From: Nitrospirota bacterium | GTDB lineage: Bacteria > Nitrospirota > UBA9217 | Direction: 5' to 3' | Length of the DNA: 64,000 nt | NCBI GenBank assembly: GCA_963754875.1 | Contig: CAVWHO010000016.1 | Coordinates: 192,001 to 256,000 of the forward strand | Shown here: piece after piece, positions 11,291 through 20,809 of the stretch | Numbering within the stretch: the first letter of the stretch is position 1 | Layout of the letters: every line of letters starts with the position of its first letter | The notes under the pieces: generated by a model | What the model saw: only the letters and a program-made list of their open reading frames with translations | Databases searched by the model: none | Told to the model about the DNA's origin: nothing | Position numbers and translations under genes: made by a program

Positions 11291-11565
11291 TGCCAACCTC
11301 CTGGGGTTGTTATTGTGCAAGGTTCAGACCATCATAGCAAAAACAGTTTATCGTGACAAATCAAACCGTTATGGGCAGGATGACTCAGCATGATAATTTT
11401 TGTGGAGCGCTTGCTGAAGTGGATGTAGTATTTGATACAGGCGGCAGATGATCTGATAGCGGACAAACAAAATCGAAAGCGTTTATTCTCGCGCAGAGGC
11501 TTTTCATAATCCGCTTAGAGATGAGAGAATGGCGGGGAAAGGACTTGCGGCCCGCTGGTGGTCCG

Positions 11566-12420
11566 TTACTTCATTCTGGCAAGCCGATCCTTAGCGATTT
11601 CAGCTTCATTGGAAGCAGCATGCTCCCTGATGACCCTGTGAAGATACTCTTTTGCTTTAGGAAAATTTTTCTCGTTTAGGTACGAGAGCCCGATCTTTAG
11701 TTTTGCGCCGGCTACTTTGTCGCTCTTGGGGTAGTTTTTGATGACCTTGGCAAAGGCCTCGATCGCCTTGCTGAACTCTTTCTTGGAGTAATAGCATTCG
11801 CCGACCCAGTATTGAGCCTTGTCCACCGTGCTGGTATCGGGATACTGGACAACATAATTCTGGAACCCGGCAAGAGCGAGGTCGAAATGCCCCTTGTCGT
11901 AATCGTGTTTCGCCTGTCGATAGGCTTCGGAAGGCTCGATCGTCTTCGGGGTCGATGACTTCCCTTTGCCCGCCGCAGTCGGGGACGCGGCCGTAGGTGT
12001 CCCCGCGCTCAGCAGCTTAACTTTTGCATCGAGTTCGTCGACACGGGCTGAAAGCTCTGCAATTTTGACGGCCCGGTCATCCAATTTCTGCGAAAGTTCC
12101 GCGATGCGGAAGTTGTTTTCTTCAAGCTTGCCTTGAAGGAGCTGTAAATCCGTAGTTAGCTGGTCGTTTTTGGCACCATAGTCAGCCATGACCTTCTGCG
12201 CGTCCACGGATCCCTTGACATTCTCATCGAGCATATCAAGACGCTTCAGGATGTCCCGGTCGAGGCGTTTCTGCAGTTCCTGCGCAAGCGCTTTGGTGTT
12301 TTTCACGTCCTGGCGCAGATCCGTCATCTCGGACTGGGTTTTGACCAGTTCGGCCTGGGGGGCACAGGCGGCCAGCAAGAATAGGATACCGGAAATGGTG
12401 AGTAAAGGCTTGGCTGTCAT
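11566..12420 (-). CDS. cpoB: Tol-Pal system protein CpoB/YbgF
   Basis: Lipobox LAAC, coiled coil and TPR (AQYWVGECYY, YPKSDKVAGAKLKIG). Downstream of pal. Confidence 0.88.
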   Translation of the reverse strand: MTAKPLLTISGILFLLAACAPQAELVKTQSEMTDLRQDVKNTKALAQELQKRLDRDILKRLDMLDENVKGSVDAQKVMADYGAKNDQLTTDLQLLQGKLEENNFRIAELSQKLDDRAVKIAELSARVDELDAKVKLLSAGTPTAASPTAAGKGKSSTPKTIEPSEAYRQAKHDYDKGHFDLALAGFQNYVVQYPDTSTVDKAQYWVGECYYSKKEFSKAIEAFAKVIKNYPKSDKVAGAKLKIGLSYLNEKNFPKAKEYLHRVIREHAASNEAEIAKDRLARMK

Positions 12421-12561
12421 CTGACTCTTTACGAATTCCTTCCGCACACTCGACTAACGGGAACCGGGGACGCGGGAAAGTTGAGAGGGGGAAAGGCGAC
12501 GCGAGGCAATTAACTCCGCGTCACCACTTCACCCCTTTTTTGCTTCGTGAAACCTGCGTTC

Positions 12562-13128
12562 CTACTCTGTTAGGGCCACGAGATCATCTCTGCGGTTTTT
12601 CTGCCAGCAGTCTTCGGTATGCTCCGTGCAGACGGGTTTTTCCTTGCCGTAGCTGATGAGCGAGATGCGTTTAGATGAGATCCCCATATCGGTAAGATAT
12701 TTCTTCGCGCTCGTTGCCCGGCGCTGCCCGAGGGCCTGGTTGTATTCCTTGGTGCCCCGTTCGTCGCAGTTCCCCTCTATCCTGATCTTGATCTTAGGAT
12801 TGGCCTTGAGCCACTCGGCATTGGCTTTCATCACGGACCGAGCGTCGTCGCGGATAAAGGACCTGTCAAAATCGAAGTAGATCGGCTGCAGACCGGCTGA
12901 TGCGGCCGCGGCACGCTCTTTGGACTCTTCCTGTGCCGCTTCCGGTTTGGCCTCTTCCTTCGTGGGCTCGGTCTTTTGTTCAACCTTCGGCTCTTCCTTG
13001 GCAGGTGCGACGGCGGTTTCCTGTGATTCAGGCGAAGTAGTTACTTCCGCTTTCTTGGGGCAGCCCCAGAGAACCAGGATACTCAACAACATAATGACCG
13101 GAACATACATACGTTTTCTGCTCATCAT
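12562..13128 (-). CDS. pal: Peptidoglycan-associated lipoprotein
   Basis: LWGC lipobox; IYFDFD, IEGNCDERGTKEYNQALGQRRA, ISYGKEKP; GGAGG RBS. Confidence 0.93.
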   Translation of the reverse strand: MMSRKRMYVPVIMLLSILVLWGCPKKAEVTTSPESQETAVAPAKEEPKVEQKTEPTKEEAKPEAAQEESKERAAAASAGLQPIYFDFDRSFIRDDARSVMKANAEWLKANPKIKIRIEGNCDERGTKEYNQALGQRRATSAKKYLTDMGISSKRISLISYGKEKPVCTEHTEDCWQKNRRDDLVALTE

Positions 13129-13289
13129 ATATCCTCCTCTATTCTGTTGTTTCAAAATGAATAATAACAGACAAGCAAATGCAAGACCTTATGTGCGGGA
13201 ATACGTTCTGAAGATAGCATACAACCCTACTCTTGTCAACGGTAAAGGATTTTCGACCATCTGGGCGTCCTGCTACAAAGTGCACGGTA

Positions 13290-13620
13290 TCATTGACGCT
13301 TATTGCTCCAAAACTTCTGCACCGTCTTGCCGAGTTGTGCATGGTTTGCGCCGTGGACACGGCGCCGCAGAAACCGTAATTCCGGAACTGTCCCCTGATG
13401 AGGTCGTTTGAGTAATCGCCCGATACGATCCTTTGTTTTCACATCGCATTCCAGCAGCCTTTTCATGACTCCTCGCCCCCCTGCCGGGGGAATGGTCAGG
13501 TCCATGATGACGACGCTAATGGCAGCCTTTTTTTCCTCGGCATAGACGTGGAACGTTTCCTGGCCGTCGCGGGCGCAGAACACAGCGTTTCCCAGTGGCT
13601 CAAGCCGTTTTCCCCTCCTC
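13290..13620 (-). pseudogene. Degenerate receiver-domain remnant
   Basis: ARDGQE...VVIMDLTIP..GG in one frame, then IVSGDYSNDLIRGQFRNYGFCGAV in another. Resembles a decayed hybrid-kinase C-terminal receiver. Confidence 0.55.
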
Positions 13621-13633
13621 CGCTTGCTGCTGA

Positions 13634-14143
13634 TCACCACCCGTTATCATGGACCCGCGAACCGTCGAAGCGGTCTTGTGCCTGTTTGATCTCCGCCGGG
13701 AACCCGAGCGGGATGAGAGAAAACGGCACGACGTGTTGCGGCATGCCCAACAACCTCCGAAGGTTCATGACCCGGTCTTCAGTCGGATATACACCGCACC
13801 AGACCGAGCCGAGCCCTTTTGCATGGGCGGCAAGCAGCATATTTTGCGTTGCCGCCGCGCAGTCGAGCACCCAGTATCCTTTGTGTTTTTCCAGCGTGGG
13901 ATCGCCGCACACGAGGATGGCCGCGTGAGCCTGTTTCAGCATCCCGGCATAAGGATGGAACTGAGGGATCTCATCAAGGATCGCGCGGTCGGTTATGACG
14001 ATGAAATGCCATGGCCGCTCACCTCCCGCCGAAGGGGCGCTCATGGCTGCTTTCAGGATCTCCTCGATGAGTGTGCGGGAAACGGGCTTCGGTGTGTAGA
14101 GCCTGATACTCCTGCGGGAAAAGATCGCTTCCAGTGCTTCCAT
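13634..14143 (-). CDS. Nitroreductase-family flavoprotein
   Basis: RRSIRLY, APSAGGERPWHF, DCAAATQNMLLAAHAKGLGSVWCG; AAGGAGG RBS. Confidence 0.92.
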   Translation of the reverse strand: MEALEAIFSRRSIRLYTPKPVSRTLIEEILKAAMSAPSAGGERPWHFIVITDRAILDEIPQFHPYAGMLKQAHAAILVCGDPTLEKHKGYWVLDCAAATQNMLLAAHAKGLGSVWCGVYPTEDRVMNLRRLLGMPQHVVPFSLIPLGFPAEIKQAQDRFDGSRVHDNGW

Positions 14144-14162
14144 ACAGTCCTCCTTGCCGCGC

Positions 14163-16187
14163 TTAGCGCACTTTCGTCTGATATGTCCGGACCATCTCCT
14201 CGACGCCCCGTTCCAGAGTGTATTCAGGCTCCCAACTGAGCACGCGCCGGGCCTTATCGTTGAGAAACAGAAGATCGGAAGACGCATACTGCACATACGC
14301 ATTCAAGCTGAATTTCACATTAAACAGGCTGCCGACAAAGTCAAGAGCACGCGACGGAACGCCCAGTGCAACAGTCGGCACGGGCAAGAGCCTGAATTTT
14401 TTCCCGACTGATGCGGCAATGGCATTGAAAAAATCATACCAACTGTGACGCAGGCCGTCGGTAAGATTGAATGTTTGGCCTGCGGCATTCTCTTGCAAGC
14501 CGGCGAGGTAGATGGCGCGGGCAAGATCTTTCACATGAATGAGCGGGGCGACGTTATTTCCCTTTCCCACAAAGGGAAAACCAATAGGGCCGAATCGTTC
14601 GATTGCAGCGATTAACCCTCCGAGGTAACGGGAGCCAGAGCCGTAGACCACGCCGGGCCTGATGACGACGTACTCTACCGCTGTCTGTGCTGCAAGAATC
14701 TCTTCACACTGTTTCTTGTAGGCGGTGTAATGCTCTTCGGGGACAAGCTTCGGTTCTGTCTCTTCCGAGGAAGGAAGTGCCGAGGGAATGCCTGCCACGG
14801 TCAACGAGCTGATGAAGAGGAAGCGCTTTAAGCCCGCTTTTTCAATGTTGTTGAGAATCTTTTCTACAAGCTTCACGTTCTTCTTCGCGGCTCGGGGTGA
14901 TGTGTTCCTCAGCTCTCCGATATGGTAGAGCACATCCATGCCCGCCATGGCATCAACGAGTGAGCCGGCATCCTGGAGGTCTCCGCGAAAAAGCGAGACA
15001 TCTTTTCCTGCGAACTGCGCAGGAAGTTCAGCCGTTCGTGCAAAGAGCCGGACGGTGTGGCCGTTTTCCGCGAGCAGACTGACGACCTTGCTCCCGATGA
15101 ACCCTGTACCGCCGGTGACAAGTGCTTTCATACATGCCAGCTTTGAAGCTTCAATAAAGCACTGCGGGTCTTCTGCAAGAAAATCGTCAACGCCGTGCGA
15201 CCGTGCATAGGCGTAAGCAATCGCCCGGCAGCCCCTGCACTGCGCCCACCGGCTGCAGGTGCGGCATTTACCCTTGTATCTGTTCCGGTCCCTGAGCGCA
15301 TCGAGGATCGGCGACGTTGACCAGAGCTCCCGGAGGGAATCCTTCATTACGTTCCCGAGAGAGAGGGGCAGCCTCCTGCAGGGCATTACATCTCCATTCG
15401 GGAGCACGGTCAAACCGGCAACACCCGCCGAGCATCCGCTGATGGCAACGGACCCGGCATCATCGTCCGTTTTCACCCGCATCTGCGACGCGACCGGGTC
15501 TCCGATTACGATTTCGATGCCGTCATGGCCGAGCGCGAATACTGTTTCATAGAGGTCCCTTACCTGCTCCCGGGTCAGCATTTGCGCGAGCAAGGACCTG
15601 CCTTTCCCGGCAGGCACGAGCCGCGAGAACCCGATCCGTTGTACCCGCATGTGCGAGCCAAGAGCGATAATTTTTTTTACCGTCGAAGCATTGATGGCGG
15701 AAAGCGTAGCGTTCAGCGTGATCGGAAGTTTTGCGTCGACAAGGCATTCGACTCCCTCTATTGAGGCACGAAAGCTCCCCTTGCCGCGGATCGCATCATG
15801 GACATCCTCCGGGCCTTCCATACTTACCTGAACTCCATCGACACCGAGATCAGCAAGACTCCGGGCCCGATCCCGGCTAACAAGGGTCCCGTTGGTAAGA
15901 ACATACATTTTGAATCCCTGCTTCTTGATTTCTCCCAGGATATCGAAGAGGTCTTTTTTCAGGAACGGTTCGCCGCCGGTAACATTCATACTTGGCGAAA
16001 AAGCGACCCCGTAAGTGTCCGACCAGTCTTTGATCATGTCCGATACTTCACCGACGACTCGTTTCATTTCAGACAAAGGCAGCTCTCCAGTGCTTCGCTC
16101 GCTCTGGTAACAGTGCCTGCACCGGAGGTTGCAGTTTTCCGTTAAATGCCACTGGATAAAAAACTCAAAGGGTTTATTGGTTGCCAT
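14163..16187 (-). CDS. Radical SAM/SPASM protein, in frame with an NAD-dependent epimerase/dehydratase (extended SDR) domain
   Basis: CNLRCRHC SAM cluster, TGGEP, SPASM C..G...DVMPC...CRTC.....CRGC...DPQC; then MKALVTGGTGFIG and YTAYK (YxxxK). Confidence 0.88.
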   Translation of the reverse strand: MATNKPFEFFIQWHLTENCNLRCRHCYQSERSTGELPLSEMKRVVGEVSDMIKDWSDTYGVAFSPSMNVTGGEPFLKKDLFDILGEIKKQGFKMYVLTNGTLVSRDRARSLADLGVDGVQVSMEGPEDVHDAIRGKGSFRASIEGVECLVDAKLPITLNATLSAINASTVKKIIALGSHMRVQRIGFSRLVPAGKGRSLLAQMLTREQVRDLYETVFALGHDGIEIVIGDPVASQMRVKTDDDAGSVAISGCSAGVAGLTVLPNGDVMPCRRLPLSLGNVMKDSLRELWSTSPILDALRDRNRYKGKCRTCSRWAQCRGCRAIAYAYARSHGVDDFLAEDPQCFIEASKLACMKALVTGGTGFIGSKVVSLLAENGHTVRLFARTAELPAQFAGKDVSLFRGDLQDAGSLVDAMAGMDVLYHIGELRNTSPRAAKKNVKLVEKILNNIEKAGLKRFLFISSLTVAGIPSALPSSEETEPKLVPEEHYTAYKKQCEEILAAQTAVEYVVIRPGVVYGSGSRYLGGLIAAIERFGPIGFPFVGKGNNVAPLIHVKDLARAIYLAGLQENAAGQTFNLTDGLRHSWYDFFNAIAASVGKKFRLLPVPTVALGVPSRALDFVGSLFNVKFSLNAYVQYASSDLLFLNDKARRVLSWEPEYTLERGVEEMVRTYQTKVR

Positions 16188-16324
16188 GAGATTTAAGGGA
16201 TGCAGCAGATTGCGAATAACTTCGTTTTACACTTGTCAATTATGATCTAAGAAAGATGAGGCGGCAGATCAGGCGGGCCCTCGTGCAACGGCACAGACCA
16301 GCCGGATCTGCCGGCTTGGGTGTT

Positions 16325-16340
16325 GTTGCTGACCAGCAAC
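16325..16340 (-). promoter_or_regulatory. Putative bacterial SECIS element
   Basis: Minus-strand GTTGCT-GGTC-AGCAAC, a perfect 6-bp stem with a GGTC loop. It begins 10 nt after an in-frame TGA and resembles E. coli fdhF GGTTGCAGGTCTGCACC. Confidence 0.7.
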
Positions 16341-16341
16341 G

Positions 16342-16464
16342 TTAGCTCTTTCAGCCCTTTCATTTGCGACAGAGAGTGCCGGGATTCTGCTTTGCAAGCC
16401 GCTTCATGGCATTCCAGTATGCTGCTTCTTTAGTAAGAGCGTCCCTGCTCATTTGCTTCTTCAT
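16342..16464 (-). CDS. Putative selenocysteine-containing RiPP precursor MKKQMSRDALTKEAAYWNAMKRLAKQNPGTLCRKUKGUKS
   Basis: RBS-like AAGGTGA; in-frame TGA at 16362-16360 and 16353-16351; TAA at 16344-16342; SECIS-like hairpin follows; lies 155 nt upstream of the rSAM/SPASM gene. Confidence 0.7.
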
Positions 16465-16571
16465 CCTGAATTCACCTTCTTTCTCTTGGCATGGAGATAA
16501 TCATATCATAAAAAAGGAGGTCCTGCGATGTCCCACCGTTCGCATATTACGAGGCGTTACAGTATGTGACT

Positions 16572-17318
16572 TCAAGGCCTCCCGGCCGCTTCCCGGTCGA
16601 GAAACCAGGCAAGCATCCCGCTTTTGGGCCGGACCAGTCCGGCTGGATATCCTTCAGAATTTCCCTCGTTCAAAATATTCTTAACCACCTTCGCTTTAGC
16701 CCCGCCCGTCGCAAGGAATAACACATAAGAGGAATGGTTGATGATCGGAAGTGTAAGGGTAACCCGGCTCATCTTGGGCTTTTCGAAATACACGGGAACG
16801 GCGATCCGCGCAGTTTCATGGAGCGCCGATGAACCGGGAAAGAGAGATGCCGTATGCCCGTCCTCGCCTACGCCCAACATGATAAGGTCAAAGGCGGGGA
16901 TATGCGTTCCATAGAAGTCCTTGATGCTCTGTTCGTATTTACGTGCCGCTTCGCCGGGATCCGCTTCTCCCTCCACGCGGTGAATATTGTTCTTCGGCAG
17001 GGGAACATGCATCAGCAACTCATCGCGAAGCAGTGCATAGTTGCTTTCAGGATGATCGGACGGAACGCACCTCTCGTCTGCCCAGAACAGGTGTATGCGG
17101 CGCCAGTCGACTGTGGTTTGATAGGGTGTCGAGCCGAGCAGCGCGTACAGTCGCCGCGGCGTTGAACCGCCTGAAAGGGCAACGACAAATCTCCCTTGCG
17201 CGGCAATCGCCGCGCGTGAAAGCGAGTAAAACGATTGGGCAGCCGCGCGGCTCAGCGCTTCGAGATCTTCGAATACTAAAACCTCCATCCCGCCTCGGAC
17301 ATTCACAAAGGTCTCCAC
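16572..17318 (-). CDS. pgl: 6-phosphogluconolactonase
   Basis: LSGGSTP, FWADERCVP, GVGEDGHTASLFP. Confidence 0.95.
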   Translation of the reverse strand: METFVNVRGGMEVLVFEDLEALSRAAAQSFYSLSRAAIAAQGRFVVALSGGSTPRRLYALLGSTPYQTTVDWRRIHLFWADERCVPSDHPESNYALLRDELLMHVPLPKNNIHRVEGEADPGEAARKYEQSIKDFYGTHIPAFDLIMLGVGEDGHTASLFPGSSALHETARIAVPVYFEKPKMSRVTLTLPIINHSSYVLFLATGGAKAKVVKNILNEGNSEGYPAGLVRPKSGMLAWFLDREAAGRP

Positions 17319-18880
17319 GAGCGTCCGATTTTTTTCAGCAGGCGCAGCGCCTCATTTGGCCCGTCCGTCCCCGCGGGGTACAGTGCGAGCGGCACGCCCT
17401 TTCCCGAATCGACAGCATCGAGCACCGGGGTAAGCGCTGACCATGCAAGCTCCACGCTGTCTTCGCGCATGAAGAGCATATGGTCGCCGATCATGCAGTC
17501 CAGCAGGACCCATTCGTAGGCGTCGAGTGCCATGCCGCGGGAATAATCGTATTTCATCTCCACCGGGTTCAGGCAGATCTTGGTGCCTGCCTCTTTGGTC
17601 TGGAACGTCAGGCTCATTCCCTCTTCCGGTTGTATCTTCAGAACGATGGAGTTCGGTTCAATGGGACCGCTGACCGAATCGGGAAACATGGAGTGCGGCA
17701 CTTCACGGAATTGAACGGCGATCTCCGTTTTCCTCACCCCAAGGCGCTTCCCGGAACGGAGAAAAAAAGGAACACCGTGCCAGCGCCAGTTGTCGATAAA
17801 TGCTTGCATGGCCGCAAAGGTCGGCGTTAGCGATGCTGCTGCTACGCCCTGTTCCTGGCGGTAGCCGGGGACTTCGCTGCCGTCGATCGTCCCTTTTGTA
17901 TACTGCCCGACCACAAGTTGATCGGCCAGCGTATCGAGGGACAGGTGCCTGAGGGAACGGAGGACCTTTGCCTTTTCATCCTGCACGCGGTCGGCGATGA
18001 ACACCGCGGGTGGCTCCATGGCAATGAGGCTCAGGAGCTGGAACATGTGGTTCTGGAACATATCACGAATCACGCCCGCTCCTTCATAATAACCGGCACG
18101 GTGTTCCACGCCGATGGTTTCGGTGGCCGTGATCTGTACATGGTCCACATACCGCCGGTTCCACAACGGCTCGAAAATGGCGTTCGCGAACCGGAACATC
18201 AAAATATTCTGCACTGTCTCTTTGGCCAGGTAGTGGTCGATGCGGAATATCTGGCTTTCTTTATAATGGGTATGTACGAGTTGGTTCAATTTCCGGGCCG
18301 AGGCAAGGTCATGGCCGAAGGGCTTCTCGATCACGATATGGCTGCAGCCCTTTTCCTCGCGCGACAGCCCCGCAGCTGCGAGATTGTGGATCACGCTTTC
18401 GAAGACCGTCGGCGGTATGGCCAGATAAAAAATGCGGTTCCCCGTGGTCTTATGCTTGCTCTCGAGCTTCGGAAGGATATCGACAAGATCGACGGTGTAC
18501 GACGCCAGGTTCTCGTAATTGAAGGTGGAGTAATAGAGATGGGGCACGAACTCGTCCCACACCCGCTGATCAAAATCACGCGGCAGCGTCGTTTTGACCG
18601 CGTCCTGCATGGACCCGCGGAATTGCTCGGTCGTCATCCTGATACGGCTGGTGCCGAGAATAAAAAACAGCTGCGTGAGCATTCTGTTTTTGAAGAGCCG
18701 GTAAAGCGACGGGAGGAGCTTCCGCCGCATAAGATCGCCGGACGCGCCGAAAATGATGAATGCCGCCGGCTGCGGTACCTCGACATCACAGTTCTCGACG
18801 CGGTGATACGCCTGCAGAGAGTCTGCACCGTCCCCTGCCAACTCCATGCTTTTTTGACGGGTGGCGTCATCCTTGTTCAT
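17303..18880 (-). CDS. zwf: Glucose-6-phosphate 1-dehydrogenase
   Basis: FGASGDL, EKPFG, RIDHYLAKE, RDMFQNH. Confidence 0.96.
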   Translation of the reverse strand: MNKDDATRQKSMELAGDGADSLQAYHRVENCDVEVPQPAAFIIFGASGDLMRRKLLPSLYRLFKNRMLTQLFFILGTSRIRMTTEQFRGSMQDAVKTTLPRDFDQRVWDEFVPHLYYSTFNYENLASYTVDLVDILPKLESKHKTTGNRIFYLAIPPTVFESVIHNLAAAGLSREEKGCSHIVIEKPFGHDLASARKLNQLVHTHYKESQIFRIDHYLAKETVQNILMFRFANAIFEPLWNRRYVDHVQITATETIGVEHRAGYYEGAGVIRDMFQNHMFQLLSLIAMEPPAVFIADRVQDEKAKVLRSLRHLSLDTLADQLVVGQYTKGTIDGSEVPGYRQEQGVAAASLTPTFAAMQAFIDNWRWHGVPFFLRSGKRLGVRKTEIAVQFREVPHSMFPDSVSGPIEPNSIVLKIQPEEGMSLTFQTKEAGTKICLNPVEMKYDYSRGMALDAYEWVLLDCMIGDHMLFMREDSVELAWSALTPVLDAVDSGKGVPLALYPAGTDGPNEALRLLKKIGRSWRPL

Positions 18881-19761
18881 GCTATCTTCCTTTTTTCGGA
18901 TTTTATCAATCTGTTCCAGTCCTCGGAAAACCGTTCCATTCCCCTGGTTGTCAGCTCATGCCGTACATCGTATTCCTCCCATTTTTTGTCGAGTTGTATC
19001 TCTTTGTAGGGAATGGGCTTCGGGAATTGAGCGTTGTAGCGGTAATCGTCTCCAGGCAGAGGCATCCCCTTTTCACCCCAGGCTTTCAATATTTCGTAGG
19101 GCGCTGTAATGATGTCCGTCCCCAGCTTGAGCGCATACAGGAAGTGTTCGATGTTCCGCACGCTCGCGGTCAGGATTTCCACGCGGTCTTCTCCCTGCGC
19201 ATACATACGCAGGATATTGGCGATCACATCCATGCCGTTCTCACCGCGGTCATCGAGTCTCCCGACGAACGGTGAAACGAACACCTGCCCTTTCCGGGCG
19301 CCCCGCGCTGCCGCATACACTGCCGCTGCCTGCTCCTGTGAGAAGCAGAGCGTCATGTTCACACGCATTCCCGTCTGTACCGCCCGCTCTGCCGCTTTGA
19401 GCCCTTCCCGGTTCGTCGGAAACTTGACATGCGCATTGGCGATCCAGGAAAACATTTCTTTCCCCTGCTTTAGCATCGTTTCGGCCTGGGTCGTTACGTC
19501 GGCATAGACCTCCACGGATATCGATCCCCCGGGGATTAACCCGCAGAGGGTTGTTACGACCCCGCGATAAAAATCAAGTACCTCTTTAACGCTGAACGTC
19601 TCGCCCCGCTCAAGCCTTGCGCGGGCTTCAGGGTTCTTCGCGATCAGCGTCGGGTTTGTTGTCTGGCCGTCGAGGAACCCGAGGAGCCGTATGATGTCCT
19701 TCGTTTCCACCGGATCACCGCCGTCCAGAAATATTTTTGTTTTGAGTTTTTGCGGCCTCAT
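18877..19761 (-). CDS. tal: Transaldolase family protein
   Basis: GQTTNPTLI, NMTLCFS, SPFVGRLDD, ASVR. Confidence 0.9.
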   Translation of the reverse strand: MRPQKLKTKIFLDGGDPVETKDIIRLLGFLDGQTTNPTLIAKNPEARARLERGETFSVKEVLDFYRGVVTTLCGLIPGGSISVEVYADVTTQAETMLKQGKEMFSWIANAHVKFPTNREGLKAAERAVQTGMRVNMTLCFSQEQAAAVYAAARGARKGQVFVSPFVGRLDDRGENGMDVIANILRMYAQGEDRVEILTASVRNIEHFLYALKLGTDIITAPYEILKAWGEKGMPLPGDDYRYNAQFPKPIPYKEIQLDKKWEEYDVRHELTTRGMERFSEDWNRLIKSEKRKIA

Positions 19762-19784
19762 TCCAATCCCCCCTTTTTGCCAGG

Positions 19785-20720
19785 TCAGGCAATTTTTCTC
19801 TTTTTCCCCTTCCCCTCCTCTGCCGCAGATGCCTGCACCTCATGGCCTCCAAACTGATGCCTGAGGGCAGAGACGATCTGTCCGGCATAGGTGGGGTTTG
19901 TCTGCGACTGGAGCCGAAAATCGAGGGCTCCCTTGATGATAGGCGCGGGGACTCCGAACTCCTTCGCCGCGTCTATGGTCCACAGGGCCTCTCCGCTCTG
20001 CGCGACCGCGCCAGAGATACCTTCGAGGTTCTCACCGGATTGTTCATACGCAGCCTTGAGCCACCCAACCAGCCGCGATTCGATCACGCTCTTGTGGTTG
20101 TACAGCTCGGCGACCTTCGCCAGATCGAGGTCGAAGCCCGAAGCCTTCAGGATAGCAAACCCCTCGGCAAGCGCCTGCATCATGCCGTATTCGATCCCAT
20201 TATGGACCATCTTCACGAAATGGCCTGCACCCGATTTGCCGAAGTACGCGTACCCCTGATCGACCGAAGCGTCGCGAAAAATCTGTTCGTACCTGCGAAA
20301 TACTTTCTCGCTCCCGCCGACCATGATACACGCCCCCGTTCGCGCGCCGCCTGGACCACCGCTTACTCCCGCATCGAGAAAGTTGATGCCCTTACTCTCC
20401 AATTCCTGTGCCCGGCGAATCGAGTCCTTGTAGGGTGAATTGCCTCCGTCGATTATCGTATCACCTTTCGTCAAGTACGGCGAGAGGTCCTTCAAAATCG
20501 CATCGACCGCCTGATAGGGCACCATGATCCAGACAAGCCGCGGCGACTCCAGCGCAGTCACGAGCGAGCGGACCGAATCCGTTGCAATTGCCCCTTTTTG
20601 TGCGATTTTTTGGACAGGTGCTTTACTCCTGTTATAGGCAACGAGCTGGTGCCCCTTTTCGAGCAGCAACTCAGCCATGTTGTAGCCCATCTTGCCCAAA
20701 CCGATATATCCCAGCTTCAT
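19785..20720 (-). CDS. gnd: 6-phosphogluconate dehydrogenase (short decarboxylating type)
   Basis: IGLGKMG, IDGGNS, VKMVHNGIEYG, LRHQFGGH. Confidence 0.94.
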   Translation of the reverse strand: MKLGYIGLGKMGYNMAELLLEKGHQLVAYNRSKAPVQKIAQKGAIATDSVRSLVTALESPRLVWIMVPYQAVDAILKDLSPYLTKGDTIIDGGNSPYKDSIRRAQELESKGINFLDAGVSGGPGGARTGACIMVGGSEKVFRRYEQIFRDASVDQGYAYFGKSGAGHFVKMVHNGIEYGMMQALAEGFAILKASGFDLDLAKVAELYNHKSVIESRLVGWLKAAYEQSGENLEGISGAVAQSGEALWTIDAAKEFGVPAPIIKGALDFRLQSQTNPTYAGQIVSALRHQFGGHEVQASAAEEGKGKKRKIA

Positions 20721-20809
20721 GGCAATTTCTCCTTTTGAGTTCTTCGCAAATTATTGTGCGTCACAAGATTCAACAGCTTTCACCCACAGCCTGAATCCGG
20801 AGGGCCATT

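Noticed and set aside
16262..16313. Possible tRNA-Sec gene
   Set aside because: Only ~52 nt, with no anticodon or T arm. Only the outer stem is reminiscent.
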